Below are positions 26,330-34,179 of a stretch of 56,898 bases of DNA, one piece after another. The translations under genes were made by a program, and so were the position numbers. The stretch is taken from contig JAYQAK010000001.1 of assembly GCA_038136695.1 (NCBI GenBank), forward strand, positions 1 to 56,898, given 5' to 3'. The notes beneath the pieces were generated by a model. It was not told where the DNA came from and made no database searches. It worked only from the letters and a program-made list of their open reading frames with translations. Each line of letters starts with the position of its first letter. Position 1 is the stretch's first letter. This DNA is from Poseidonia sp. GTDB taxonomy: Archaea; Thermoplasmatota; Poseidoniia; Poseidoniales; Poseidoniaceae.

Positions 26330-28183
26330 ATGCCCGTTCGAGCAGCAGACCCAGCCGCCGATAACGTGGGTCAGTACAACCGCCTTTCTGCCAGTCAAGC
26401 CAATCAATTCCGAGCCTGCCCACGCCGATGGTTCTACGAGAAGGTCTACCGATTCAAGATGGAGCAAATTCCGGTGCTCTATGTTGGTCGTGCGGTTGAA
26501 GAAGCGTTGTGCAGGGTGTTGATGGATTCTCCAAGTCTGGTGATGGCCAATGCACCGGCCGATGTCTTGGGCCCGAGCCCCTATTCCGAAGACGGTGTTC
26601 CCGAGGATCCAAACGATCGGACATGGCCTGCCCAACGTTTGCTGCCCCTCCAGCCGCATGAGCGTCCACAGACCATTGACGATCTCGAACAGTGGGTCCT
26701 CGGTCGCTGCAGAGTCCATTTTCCCGGAGCGATGAGCAGGGCGAAAGCGGAGTGGGAAAAAGACGAACGGCGTTCGGGGAGTTGGGACGAAGTGGACGAG
26801 GATGTTTGCTTTGAGATGCTTGCAAACGGGGCCATGTTCCACATCAACGAAGTCGAACGTTGCTTTGAGGACAACGGGGGGCAGAATGCGGAAGCATGGC
26901 GACGCGGCCAGCGAGGTACCTGGCCTGCACCGGATGGCTTTCCTCACGTTGATTTTGCAGACGGACATCCCTTTGCGGAGGAGGGGGACGTCACGTGTGC
27001 TGAGGCATGGGAACTCGCACGACCGTGGTTTGTTGACCCTGATGCTCCAAAATTTACCATGAACGCTGTTCATCCTGACCATTGGTTCCAAGGCGAATAC
27101 GATTTGGTCTATCGCTGGACTGGGCGACCTCGAATCGTTGACATCAAAGCGAGTGTAGGTGCTGGGGATCGTTCAGGCGATTACGTTGACCAAATGCGTG
27201 CGTATGCTATGTTATGGTACGTAACGCATCAGCGGCAAGAAGAAGTCGCAGAGTTGGAGATTTGGTACCTCGGTCATCCAAGTGTCAAATCCATTCCGGT
27301 ACCGAGCAAAGACGAGATCGCTCAAATTGAAGAGGAGATGGAAGCGATGTGGAAACGGTTGCGTGAAAGCACGCCAAGCATCGTTGATTGCCCTCCCGAA
27401 CCGCTTCCTATGCGAGGTTACCATCCCGGCGGACAGCCAACCGATCCCCCCCAAACGGTTCGGTGTGAGCGTTGTGACTGGCGAGCGGTGTGTCCGGGAG
27501 GGGATGCCTCTGGTGAACCTACGGTTCCTTCGATGTATCAACTCCCGGGCGCCAGTCAACGAACACCGCTTCAGTCCCTCGGTTCGTTGAATCCACGAAT
27601 CACGACCAGAGGCACGCTGTTTGATGTGGGATATGAATCAGAAAAACGTGCTCGAACGATGACCCTCAAGCAAGGCACGAACACAGCCTTTGTCCAGGTG
27701 GTAGCGACCGAGCACAGCGATGGTGGACCCACCGTTGATGTTGAGCTCGTTCGAGGCAAGGCGGTCTTGGTCGTCGATGCAGTGTTTACCGTCAACTGGA
27801 AGGGCGAGATTGTCCTCAAGATGGACCCGTTTACACGGTTGGTCGAAGACACCGACCCGAGCATTGAATCCAGTGATTTGTTTGACGTGCAAGCGAAACA
27901 CAACGTGGCAGGAATCGTGGTCTACACCTATGAAAAAAGCGGTGTTGGAAAGGGAGGCCACCGATGGTCACGTCGAGGCATGATGGTCATGGACGGCACA
28001 GGTGCGATGAAAATCGAAGGGTGGGCGGACGATTGGAACCCGCAATATGAGATGGTGGAAGCGGGCGATACCGTGGTTGTAGCGAACCTTGGCCTCGATG
28101 CTTGGGCAAAGGAGGTGAAGGGTGAGTACACCCGAAATTCACGGTTGCACATTGCCGAGCGGGTTGACCGCTCATCCACCTGA
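26330..28183 (+). CDS. Cas4/RecB-like 4-Cys PD-(D/E)XK nuclease fused to C-terminal OB-fold-like domains (paralogue B)
   Basis: Collinear with paralogue A: FRACPRRW; AVEEAL; GEYDLVYRWTGRPRIVDIKAS; QMRAY; CERCDWRAVC (C-x2-C-x5-C). The C-terminus has OB-like segments (HNVAGIVVYTYEKSG...RRGMMVMDGTGAMKIEGWAD...GDTVVVANLGLD). ATG at 26330; the track start at 26300 is a TTG. Confidence 0.65.
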   Translation: MPVRAADPAADNVGQYNRLSASQANQFRACPRRWFYEKVYRFKMEQIPVLYVGRAVEEALCRVLMDSPSLVMANAPADVLGPSPYSEDGVPEDPNDRTWPAQRLLPLQPHERPQTIDDLEQWVLGRCRVHFPGAMSRAKAEWEKDERRSGSWDEVDEDVCFEMLANGAMFHINEVERCFEDNGGQNAEAWRRGQRGTWPAPDGFPHVDFADGHPFAEEGDVTCAEAWELARPWFVDPDAPKFTMNAVHPDHWFQGEYDLVYRWTGRPRIVDIKASVGAGDRSGDYVDQMRAYAMLWYVTHQRQEEVAELEIWYLGHPSVKSIPVPSKDEIAQIEEEMEAMWKRLRESTPSIVDCPPEPLPMRGYHPGGQPTDPPQTVRCERCDWRAVCPGGDASGEPTVPSMYQLPGASQRTPLQSLGSLNPRITTRGTLFDVGYESEKRARTMTLKQGTNTAFVQVVATEHSDGGPTVDVELVRGKAVLVVDAVFTVNWKGEIVLKMDPFTRLVEDTDPSIESSDLFDVQAKHNVAGIVVYTYEKSGVGKGGHRWSRRGMMVMDGTGAMKIEGWADDWNPQYEMVEAGDTVVVANLGLDAWAKEVKGEYTRNSRLHIAERVDRSST

Positions 28184-28372
28184 AGAAATCGTGGTGACTC
28201 GCAGCGTCACGCTCTGGTTCAACGATGTTGAATGTGGCAAAACGGTCCCCTCATGGCTAACGATGACCATGGACGGCAGAAGGCCTGCTTTGAGGAGAGC
28301 TTCGCGAACCGTTGAGCCGGGGGACATCTCAGCCGTGTGCTCGTGCTCCCCGTCAGAAAACCGTACTTCCAT
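28172..28372 (-). CDS. Ubiquitin-like beta-grasp protein of the ThiS/MoaD/SAMP family (66 aa, C-terminal GG)
   Basis: MEVRFSDGEHEHTAEMSPGSTVREALLKAGLLPSMVIVSHEGTVLPHSTSLNQSVTLRVTTISSGG*. Length, pattern and di-glycine end fit the family. The track ORF's 5' extension would run through the tRNA gene. Confidence 0.65.
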   Translation of the reverse strand: MEVRFSDGEHEHTAEMSPGSTVREALLKAGLLPSMVIVSHEGTVLPHSTSLNQSVTLRVTTISSGG

Positions 28373-28427
28373 GGCACATCCATGAAACATCATGCTTATG
28401 ACCGTCGCGCAGAAGCGCCATGGCAGA

Positions 28428-28510
28428 GCCGAGGTCGCATAGCCCGGTATTGCGGTGGATTCGAAATCCACTGTCCCTTGGACGCGGGGGTTCAAATCCC
28501 TCTCTCGGCG
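28428..28510 (+). tRNA. tRNA-Ser: tRNA-Ser (anticodon CGA), class II with a long variable arm
   Basis: Hand-folded. Acceptor GCCGAGG/TCTCGGC plus discriminator G; 3-bp D stem GCA/TGC with GG in the loop; anticodon stem GTGGA/TCCAC with loop TTCGAAA (CGA); variable stem GTCC/GGAC; T arm GGGGG-TTCAAAT-CCCTC. No encoded CCA and no intron. Confidence 0.85.
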
Positions 28511-28527
28511 CTCTCAGACCCGTTGTA

Positions 28528-29292
28528 TCACATATAGAACGCATCATGGGAAGCCGTCATCTCGCCGACAAGGTCTTCTCTCACCTTTGGTGCCATGGCG
28601 TTCAATTTCTCCACGAGCCATTCATCTCCCTTCGTTGGCACATGGAGGCCGTAGTTGAACCACTGATTCAAATGCTCAACCATTCGTTTCGAGCCCAACA
28701 CGTCACCGCTCGATCCGACCGTTGTGCCGATGATGCACGCCCCGTTGACGTCGTAAAGCGGGGCCATGGATGCCAACAACGAACCCAAGCCGATGGCTCC
28801 GTCTTTTGGTTCGTCCCTTCGAACGTCAACGCCCATGGATTCCATATCGATTCGAAAGGAGGCAGAACTTGCGACGGCAAAGGTTTCTTTTCGTTTTGCC
28901 TCAGCCCTCATGCCGGCCAAAACAAGCAGTGTTTCAACGCCGTGTTCCTTGAAGAACGATAACAACTCTCTCGCTGCTTGGGATTGCAACGCGGATTCAT
29001 TCGGCTGGGTTTTTCCCGTCAGCGAGAGGACCGGCGTACCTGATGCTGTATGACTGAGGCACAAGGAAAGATGCGGTGGTGAAAGCAATCCATCTTCATC
29101 CAAATCGGCATGAGGGGGAAGGCCAAGCACGTGAAGCCGGGCAACTTCCGTGGTTTCGTTCAAGTCTCTGATCGACTCTACGGCGACTTTCCCAATGTTT
29201 CCAACACCGGGAAACGCCACAACCACGGTGGCGGAGGCTGGAAGAGAGGTGCATCCGTTTCTCCACTCTACCTGTAGGGTCATGAAGGTCAA
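28528..29292 (-). CDS. PAC2-family (proteasome assembly chaperone-like, COG1938) protein
   Basis: N-terminal VVVAFPGVGNIGKVAVESIRDL matches the PAC2 family signature. Its position downstream of nop10/aIF2-alpha is a conserved archaeal neighbourhood. Confidence 0.55.
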   Translation of the reverse strand: MTFMTLQVEWRNGCTSLPASATVVVAFPGVGNIGKVAVESIRDLNETTEVARLHVLGLPPHADLDEDGLLSPPHLSLCLSHTASGTPVLSLTGKTQPNESALQSQAARELLSFFKEHGVETLLVLAGMRAEAKRKETFAVASSASFRIDMESMGVDVRRDEPKDGAIGLGSLLASMAPLYDVNGACIIGTTVGSSGDVLGSKRMVEHLNQWFNYGLHVPTKGDEWLVEKLNAMAPKVREDLVGEMTASHDAFYM

Positions 29293-29373
29293 AACCCGAC
29301 GACACGCGTTATAATGTTTGATGTGGAACCAACGGTGCTGGTATGGGTTTTACGACCCGTCTTCGGGTGCGGT

Positions 29374-29610
29374 TTACTCCTCTTCTTGAGCAGCATCACG
29401 CATGGCCTCAACCGATGGCAGCGTAGGAAGAGAAGAAGGCCATGCAGGATCTTCAACCTTGTTCATCTTGCGTCGCAACGAGGCTCGGTGGTCTTCAGGC
29501 GACCACTTCAACGGTGCAGCGGCCTGCGCAACACCGCCGCACGCTGGGCACGTGGTGTTGAGGGAGAACGCTTGGCAGGATTGACATTGTTGCATGCGTT
29601 GACGAGCCAT
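29374..29610 (-). CDS. nop10: H/ACA RNP protein Nop10, with a C-terminal extension
   Basis: MARQRMQQCQSCQAFSLNTTCPACGGVAQAAAPLKWSPEDHRASLRRKM has the zinc ribbon plus P.(K/R)(F/W)SPED motif of Nop10. The ATG lies 4 nt after the aIF2-alpha stop. The track ORF extension to 29769 overlaps aIF2-alpha and is rejected. Confidence 0.75.
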   Translation of the reverse strand: MARQRMQQCQSCQAFSLNTTCPACGGVAQAAAPLKWSPEDHRASLRRKMNKVEDPAWPSSLPTLPSVEAMRDAAQEEE

Positions 29611-29614
29611 GCGA

Positions 29615-30403
29615 TCACTCCCGAGAGGTTGTGGCTTCACCGCCGGCCTTCGCCATGTGGTCAAGAACGACCTTGGTGGCCTGTTCCCACATGTTTTCAG
29701 CGACTTTAAAGTCGGGTGCGCGGAGTTCAAGACGGTAGTTTGGAGCTCCATCATAAAAGCACTTGACATCGATTTCTTCGGCCTCGTTGGTCAGCGCTTC
29801 TGCGGCTTCCAACGCTTGTTGAATGACGACGATACCGTTGCTATCGTTGATGCTCAAGGTCAACGTGCCTCGAACTTCGACAAAAGGCGGAATGATGTTT
29901 TCCACAGCGAGTTCAACAAAAGGCGCCAACCAGTCCCCTTCGAAGCCGGCGTTCTCAAGCGCCCCCTCCTGCATGGCCGCTTCTTCAAACGCAGCGTACA
30001 AGGTGCCAAACGCATCCGTCAACTCGCCTTCACGTTCGGTGATGTCATTTTCGTTCCAGCCGACCTTTTCGGCGAGGACCTTGACCAGTTGGTGGGCGCG
30101 CTGCTCGTTTTTCCACTCCTGAAGACGGTCTCGTCGTCGCTCCTCCGATACCGATTTGAGTGACAATTCGAGTGAAGTTCCGTCTCTTCGTGTGCGCATC
30201 ACCTTGCAGATAACGCGTTGCCCTTCACGGACAAAGGCACGAATGTTCTTGACCCAACCCGAAGCAATTTCGCCAATGAAAATGAAACCTTCCGTCCCGG
30301 GATATTCGTCCAGGTTCACGTAGGCGCCATTCTGCTTAACGTTGGAAATGGTTGCAACGACGAGTTCCCCTTCTTCAGGAGCCGAAATGGTGTCGTTGGA
30401 CAT
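29615..30403 (-). CDS. eif2a: Translation initiation factor aIF2 alpha subunit
   Basis: N-terminal S1 domain (GELVVATISNVKQNGAYVNLDEYPGTEGFIFIGEIASGWVKNIRAFVREGQRVICKV), a length of 262 aa and the conserved gene order rpl44e-rps27e-eif2a-nop10. Confidence 0.9.
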   Translation of the reverse strand: MSNDTISAPEEGELVVATISNVKQNGAYVNLDEYPGTEGFIFIGEIASGWVKNIRAFVREGQRVICKVMRTRRDGTSLELSLKSVSEERRRDRLQEWKNEQRAHQLVKVLAEKVGWNENDITEREGELTDAFGTLYAAFEEAAMQEGALENAGFEGDWLAPFVELAVENIIPPFVEVRGTLTLSINDSNGIVVIQQALEAAEALTNEAEEIDVKCFYDGAPNYRLELRAPDFKVAENMWEQATKVVLDHMAKAGGEATTSRE

Positions 30404-30418
30404 GGAGGCTCAGCCTCC

Positions 30419-30589
30419 TCATCCCAGCGTTTCAACGACGGTGCAGCCGACGAGTTCTGCTTTGCCACCTGCGGGCTTGGTCAGTGTGGCACTGCACACG
30501 TCGCAAGCAATGGTGGTGGTGGCTCGTGAGAAGATGGTGGATTCGTTACCGCAATCTCGGCAACTGACTTTCAAAAATTCGCTGGCCAT
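30419..30589 (-). CDS. rps27e: 30S ribosomal protein S27e (56 aa; absent from the ORF track)
   Basis: Hand translation: MASEFLKVSCRDCGNESTIFSRATTTIACDVCSATLTKPAGGKAELVGCTVVETLG*. It has the C4 zinc ribbon typical of S27e and lies between rpl44e and eif2a. Confidence 0.85.
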   Translation of the reverse strand: MASEFLKVSCRDCGNESTIFSRATTTIACDVCSATLTKPAGGKAELVGCTVVETLG

Positions 30590-30599
30590 GGTGTTCACC

Positions 30600-30884
30600 T
30601 CATCGGTCGATCAATTCGAATTTCTTTGCACGCTTGCAAGGGGCGTAATGCGCCTTGCCGGTTTCTGTGCAACGGTAGAGAATGTTCACCCGCTTGGTAG
30701 GCTTTTCGCGGCCATCGGGTTTTGGACGAGGGAAACCACGGTACCCCGCCATGACGCGGCGGAACCGGCGTTGACCCCAGCGAAGCTCAGAGGCTCGCTT
30801 TTTCTTCACACGCTCAACGGTGTGGAGCGTGTGCTTTCCAGCCGAGGGGCTGTATCGCTTGACTTGGCGTGGTCTCTTTACCAT
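30600..30884 (-). CDS. rpl44e: 50S ribosomal protein L44e (eL42)
   Basis: MVKRPRQVKRYSPSAGKHTLHTV...LRWGQRRFRRVMAGYRGFPRPKP...ILYRCTETGKAHY has typical L44e sequence and size. Confidence 0.9.
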   Translation of the reverse strand: MVKRPRQVKRYSPSAGKHTLHTVERVKKKRASELRWGQRRFRRVMAGYRGFPRPKPDGREKPTKRVNILYRCTETGKAHYAPCKRAKKFELIDR

Positions 30885-30983
30885 AGGAACACCTTAGCGT
30901 TCAGCCCACAGAGGTGGGGTATTTATGCCCTCCGCAACCCGATTTGGCGGTCTCTGGAGGACTGCGAATACATTCAAGGGATT

Positions 30984-30993
30984 CTCTATAAAT
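30984..30993 (+). promoter_or_regulatory. Putative TATA box for a leaderless membrane-protein operon
   Basis: CTCTATAAAT, with the TATAAA starting 27 nt upstream of the ATG at 31014, which is the spacing expected for a leaderless archaeal transcript. Confidence 0.45.
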
Positions 30994-31013
30994 CTCTCCG
31001 CCCTGCCTTCACC

Positions 31014-31808
31014 ATGGAAGAAACGACGCAAGCCTTCGTTTTCTTCTGGCTCGCTGGCCTGCTGCTCTTGGTCGGACTCCTTCTCAACTTCTTTTCCAAG
31101 GCAGCCACCCAACGGCTGACCGGAAAAATCCTCGTGGCTGTTGGTTTTCTCTCCTTAATCGCCACGCCGTGGACCATCCCCTCTTCACCTTCGAGTGCGT
31201 TTGGCCATTTTCTCGGTAGCATCGTGGGCCCCTGCGTCTTGCTTGGTGTTGGTTTCTACCAAATCGCCTTCTCGGGTCATGTGCCGGTCGGGCGGCTTTC
31301 CGATACCGACCGTCGTCTCGGATTCGTGATGGTCATCGTTGGTGTTCTTTGGCTTGAATCGATGCACTGGTGGGTGATGACGCCCACCTATCCCGATGAC
31401 GTCAACCGCTACTGGATGATCTTCTGGCCAACCATGCTGCTGTTTGGTTTTGCCAGTGCTTCCGCTGGTTACGTCCTGGTGGACGTGGTTGGACATCAAC
31501 GGCAGCGTGAGCGACGCTTCATGCTGGCCCTCGGGGTGTTTCTGTTAACGCTGATGACCTTCGGTGTGCTTATGGACGCTCCCAACGTGTCGAGGGAAGC
31601 ATTCACGCTGCAACTCATGCTCGCTGGCGCTGATTTGTTCGGTGTGCTGGTGGGTGCTGCAGGAGCAGTGTTGTTGTTTGCCGTTGTCTTGGCGATTTAT
31701 GAAAAGCAACAACCCGTGCCCAAGCGTCTGCCGGCGCCAACCTCCGAACAACTCCACCAAGCAGCCGAAATCATCGCACGAAACACCTCAGGGGGTGAGG
31801 AAGAATGA
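31014..31808 (+). CDS. Hypothetical polytopic membrane protein
   Basis: Multiple hydrophobic helices from MEETTQAFVFFWLAGLLLLVGLL.... The 5' part of the track ORF (30342-31013) is antisense to rps27e/rpl44e and is rejected. Confidence 0.6.
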   Translation: MEETTQAFVFFWLAGLLLLVGLLLNFFSKAATQRLTGKILVAVGFLSLIATPWTIPSSPSSAFGHFLGSIVGPCVLLGVGFYQIAFSGHVPVGRLSDTDRRLGFVMVIVGVLWLESMHWWVMTPTYPDDVNRYWMIFWPTMLLFGFASASAGYVLVDVVGHQRQRERRFMLALGVFLLTLMTFGVLMDAPNVSREAFTLQLMLAGADLFGVLVGAAGAVLLFAVVLAIYEKQQPVPKRLPAPTSEQLHQAAEIIARNTSGGEEE

Positions 31809-32266
31809 ACGCTCCATCATCCACCAACGCTCTGGCCAAGGTGTTCTTCGCGTTTACCGTCCCCGCGTTGGTGGTGGTACTCGCTGTTTGGCTCTCAACT
31901 TCGGTGCCGGTGGAAGACGCCTTGGTTCGCTTTGCCAACGCCATGCTCACCTCCTTTACACTCGTTTCCTTCATGCTCATGGTCACGTTGATCTCCTACG
32001 GTGATGCTCGGAAGCGCCCCTTTGCGCCTTTGTTTGGCATGCTGTTGGTGGTTGGTGTCGGCGTTGCGCTCACCCTCTTCTTCCTCTCGCAGGGTGATCT
32101 GTTGATGGAAGACAACGGCTCGGTTCGAGCCCAGGCACTCTCGAACATCATTCGCTTTGGCACCACCTCCATAGCGATGCTCGCAAGCACCCTACTGGTG
32201 GGCGGTGTTCTGTTTGCCTCGTTGTTAAACACGCCAACGCCTCCGGTCTTCTCTGAGGAAGAGTGA
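31805..32266 (+). CDS. Hypothetical membrane protein (four predicted helices)
   Basis: The ATG overlaps the previous stop (ATGA). The sequence is hydrophobic throughout and ends in an acidic tail (SEEE), as does the upstream partner (GGEEE). Confidence 0.55.
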   Translation: MNAPSSTNALAKVFFAFTVPALVVVLAVWLSTSVPVEDALVRFANAMLTSFTLVSFMLMVTLISYGDARKRPFAPLFGMLLVVGVGVALTLFFLSQGDLLMEDNGSVRAQALSNIIRFGTTSIAMLASTLLVGGVLFASLLNTPTPPVFSEEE

Positions 32267-32296
32267 ACTTCGTGGTACAGGGCCATTGCCGTTGAT

Positions 32297-32311
32297 TTCA
32301 TAAGGGGGAGG
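32297..32311 (+). promoter_or_regulatory. Putative TATA-like promoter element upstream of rpl37e
   Basis: TTCATAAGGGGGAGG begins 43 nt upstream of the ATG. GGTGA (Shine-Dalgarno-like) precedes the ATG. Confidence 0.4.
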
Positions 32312-32339
32312 TCGGTGGGCAGGTCGTTCAGGTGAGCGC

Positions 32340-32519
32340 ATGTCCAAAGGTACACCATCCATGGGTCGTCGTCAAAAGACCACGCACATCCGATGCCGAA
32401 GGTGTGGACGCAACGCTTACCACAAGCAAAAGTCGGTCTGTGCGTCGTGCGGTTACGGTGAGACGTCCCGCATGCGCAAATTCAACTGGTCCAAGAAAAC
32501 CCACCGTCCCAAGGCCTGA
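32340..32519 (+). CDS. rpl37e: 50S ribosomal protein L37e (59 aa; absent from the ORF track)
   Basis: Hand translation: [59 protein letters not shown], which is canonical L37e with a C4 zinc ribbon. The overlapping track ORF 32332-32541 is in a different frame and is rejected. Confidence 0.9.
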   Translation: MSKGTPSMGRRQKTTHIRCRRCGRNAYHKQKSVCASCGYGETSRMRKFNWSKKTHRPKA

Positions 32520-32577
32520 CCCTCTTGAGACGCAACGATAAGAAGCGTTCACCCATACGTTGCAATGAGGCAGACGC

Positions 32578-34119
32578 ATGTGTGGCATCCTCGGTATCGT
32601 TGGCCGACAAGGAGTTCACGTCAATCAACTGCTTTACGACGGCCTCACCGTCCTTCAACACCGTGGCCAAGATGCCGCTGGAATTTTGACGGACACGGAA
32701 GGAAACTTTCGTCTCCGAAAATCCAACGGTTTGGTTTCCGACGTCTTCTACAAGCGACACATGCTGCGGCTTGAGGGCAACGTCGGCATTGGCCATGTTC
32801 GATACCCCACAGCAGGGTCCTCTTCCCGTGCAGAAGCCCAGCCGTTCTACGTCAATTCACCTTACGGTATTGCCTTGGCCCACAACGGGAACCTCACGAA
32901 CGCCGAGGAACTCGCGGTCTACCTCCGCGATGAGTGCATGAGGCACATCAACACCTCAAGCGACTCAGAACTGCTGCTCAATGTGTTGGCGGTCGAGTTG
33001 GGCCAACGGTCCCGTGCGCTTCGCATCGAAGGAACCCCGCACATCAATATCGAAACCATCTTTGGAGCGGTGGAGGCCGTCAACGAACGTGTTCGGGGTG
33101 GTTATGCGTGCGTGTCTGTTATTTCTGGGTACGGGCTACTCGCCTTCCGAGACCCCAACGGCATCCGCCCTCTGGTCTTCGGTAAGCGAACTTCCGAGGA
33201 TGGTGACGAGTACATCGTCGCCAGTGAATCCGTGGCCATCACGGCTCTCGGGTTCCAAATCATTCGTGATGTTGCACCGGGCGAAGCGGTGTTCATCAGC
33301 ACCTCGGGACACATGTTTACCCGGTCGTGTGCCAAGGAGACGGACTACACGCCTTGTATTTTCGAGCACGTCTACTTCGCTCGTCCGGATTCAGTGATCG
33401 ATGGCATGTCCGTGTATCAGTCGCGATTGAACCAAGGCCGACGCCTTGCTGAACGCTTGATTGAGCAATGGCCCGACCACGACATCGATGTGGTGATTCC
33501 CATTCCAGATTCCGGCCGTATTGCCGCTCTTCAGATGGCGAAAACCCTGAACCTCCCGTACCGAGAAGGTTTCGTCAAAAACCGCTACGTCGGACGAACG
33601 TTCATCATGCCGGGACAAGCGTTGCGAGAGAAGTCCGTTCGGCGTAAACTCAACGCGATTGAGCACGAGTTTAGCGGCAAGAATGTCCTGCTTGTGGACG
33701 ATTCCATCGTTCGTGGCACGACCAGTGCACAAATCATCGAGATGGCACGGGAAGTCGGGGCATCGAAGGTGTATTTTGCCTCCGCTGCGCCTCCCGTTCG
33801 TCACCCCAATGTCTACGGCATCGATATGCCGGCTGTTAACGAGTTCATCGCCAACGGCCGAACGATTGAGGAAATCAACGACGTGATAGGCAGCGATCGC
33901 TTGTTTTACCAAACGCTTGAGGACCTCGAGGAGGTCACATTGCAAGCGACTTCCGATGTCACTGCCTTCGATTCAAGTTGTTTCAACGGGCAGTACGTGA
34001 CCGGTGACATCGACTCCGCTTACCTTCAAGCGCTTGACGACCGCCGAAACGACGCTGCAAAGAACCGCTCGGATGAAGAAGACGCCGTCATTGATATTCA
34101 CAACGACGAAGAAAATTGA
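32578..34119 (+). CDS. purF: Amidophosphoribosyltransferase (purine biosynthesis)
   Basis: Ntn-type N-terminus MCGILGIV, ...RYPTAGSS... and PRTase motif [13 protein letters not shown]. Confidence 0.9.
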   Translation: MCGILGIVGRQGVHVNQLLYDGLTVLQHRGQDAAGILTDTEGNFRLRKSNGLVSDVFYKRHMLRLEGNVGIGHVRYPTAGSSSRAEAQPFYVNSPYGIALAHNGNLTNAEELAVYLRDECMRHINTSSDSELLLNVLAVELGQRSRALRIEGTPHINIETIFGAVEAVNERVRGGYACVSVISGYGLLAFRDPNGIRPLVFGKRTSEDGDEYIVASESVAITALGFQIIRDVAPGEAVFISTSGHMFTRSCAKETDYTPCIFEHVYFARPDSVIDGMSVYQSRLNQGRRLAERLIEQWPDHDIDVVIPIPDSGRIAALQMAKTLNLPYREGFVKNRYVGRTFIMPGQALREKSVRRKLNAIEHEFSGKNVLLVDDSIVRGTTSAQIIEMAREVGASKVYFASAAPPVRHPNVYGIDMPAVNEFIANGRTIEEINDVIGSDRLFYQTLEDLEEVTLQATSDVTAFDSSCFNGQYVTGDIDSAYLQALDDRRNDAAKNRSDEEDAVIDIHNDEEN

Positions 34120-34179
34120 GGATGTCCTGTCGGCACAACCTGAGCGAGTTCTTTTGAACACGGTCACCTTACCCAACGC

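Noticed and set aside
28373-28527. An integrated element at tRNA-Ser, with the nuclease pair and the ubiquitin-like gene as cargo.
   Set aside because: No integrase or recombinase is present. I could not find a direct repeat of the tRNA 3' end, and no obvious compositional break is visible by eye. Flanking genes are conserved housekeeping genes.
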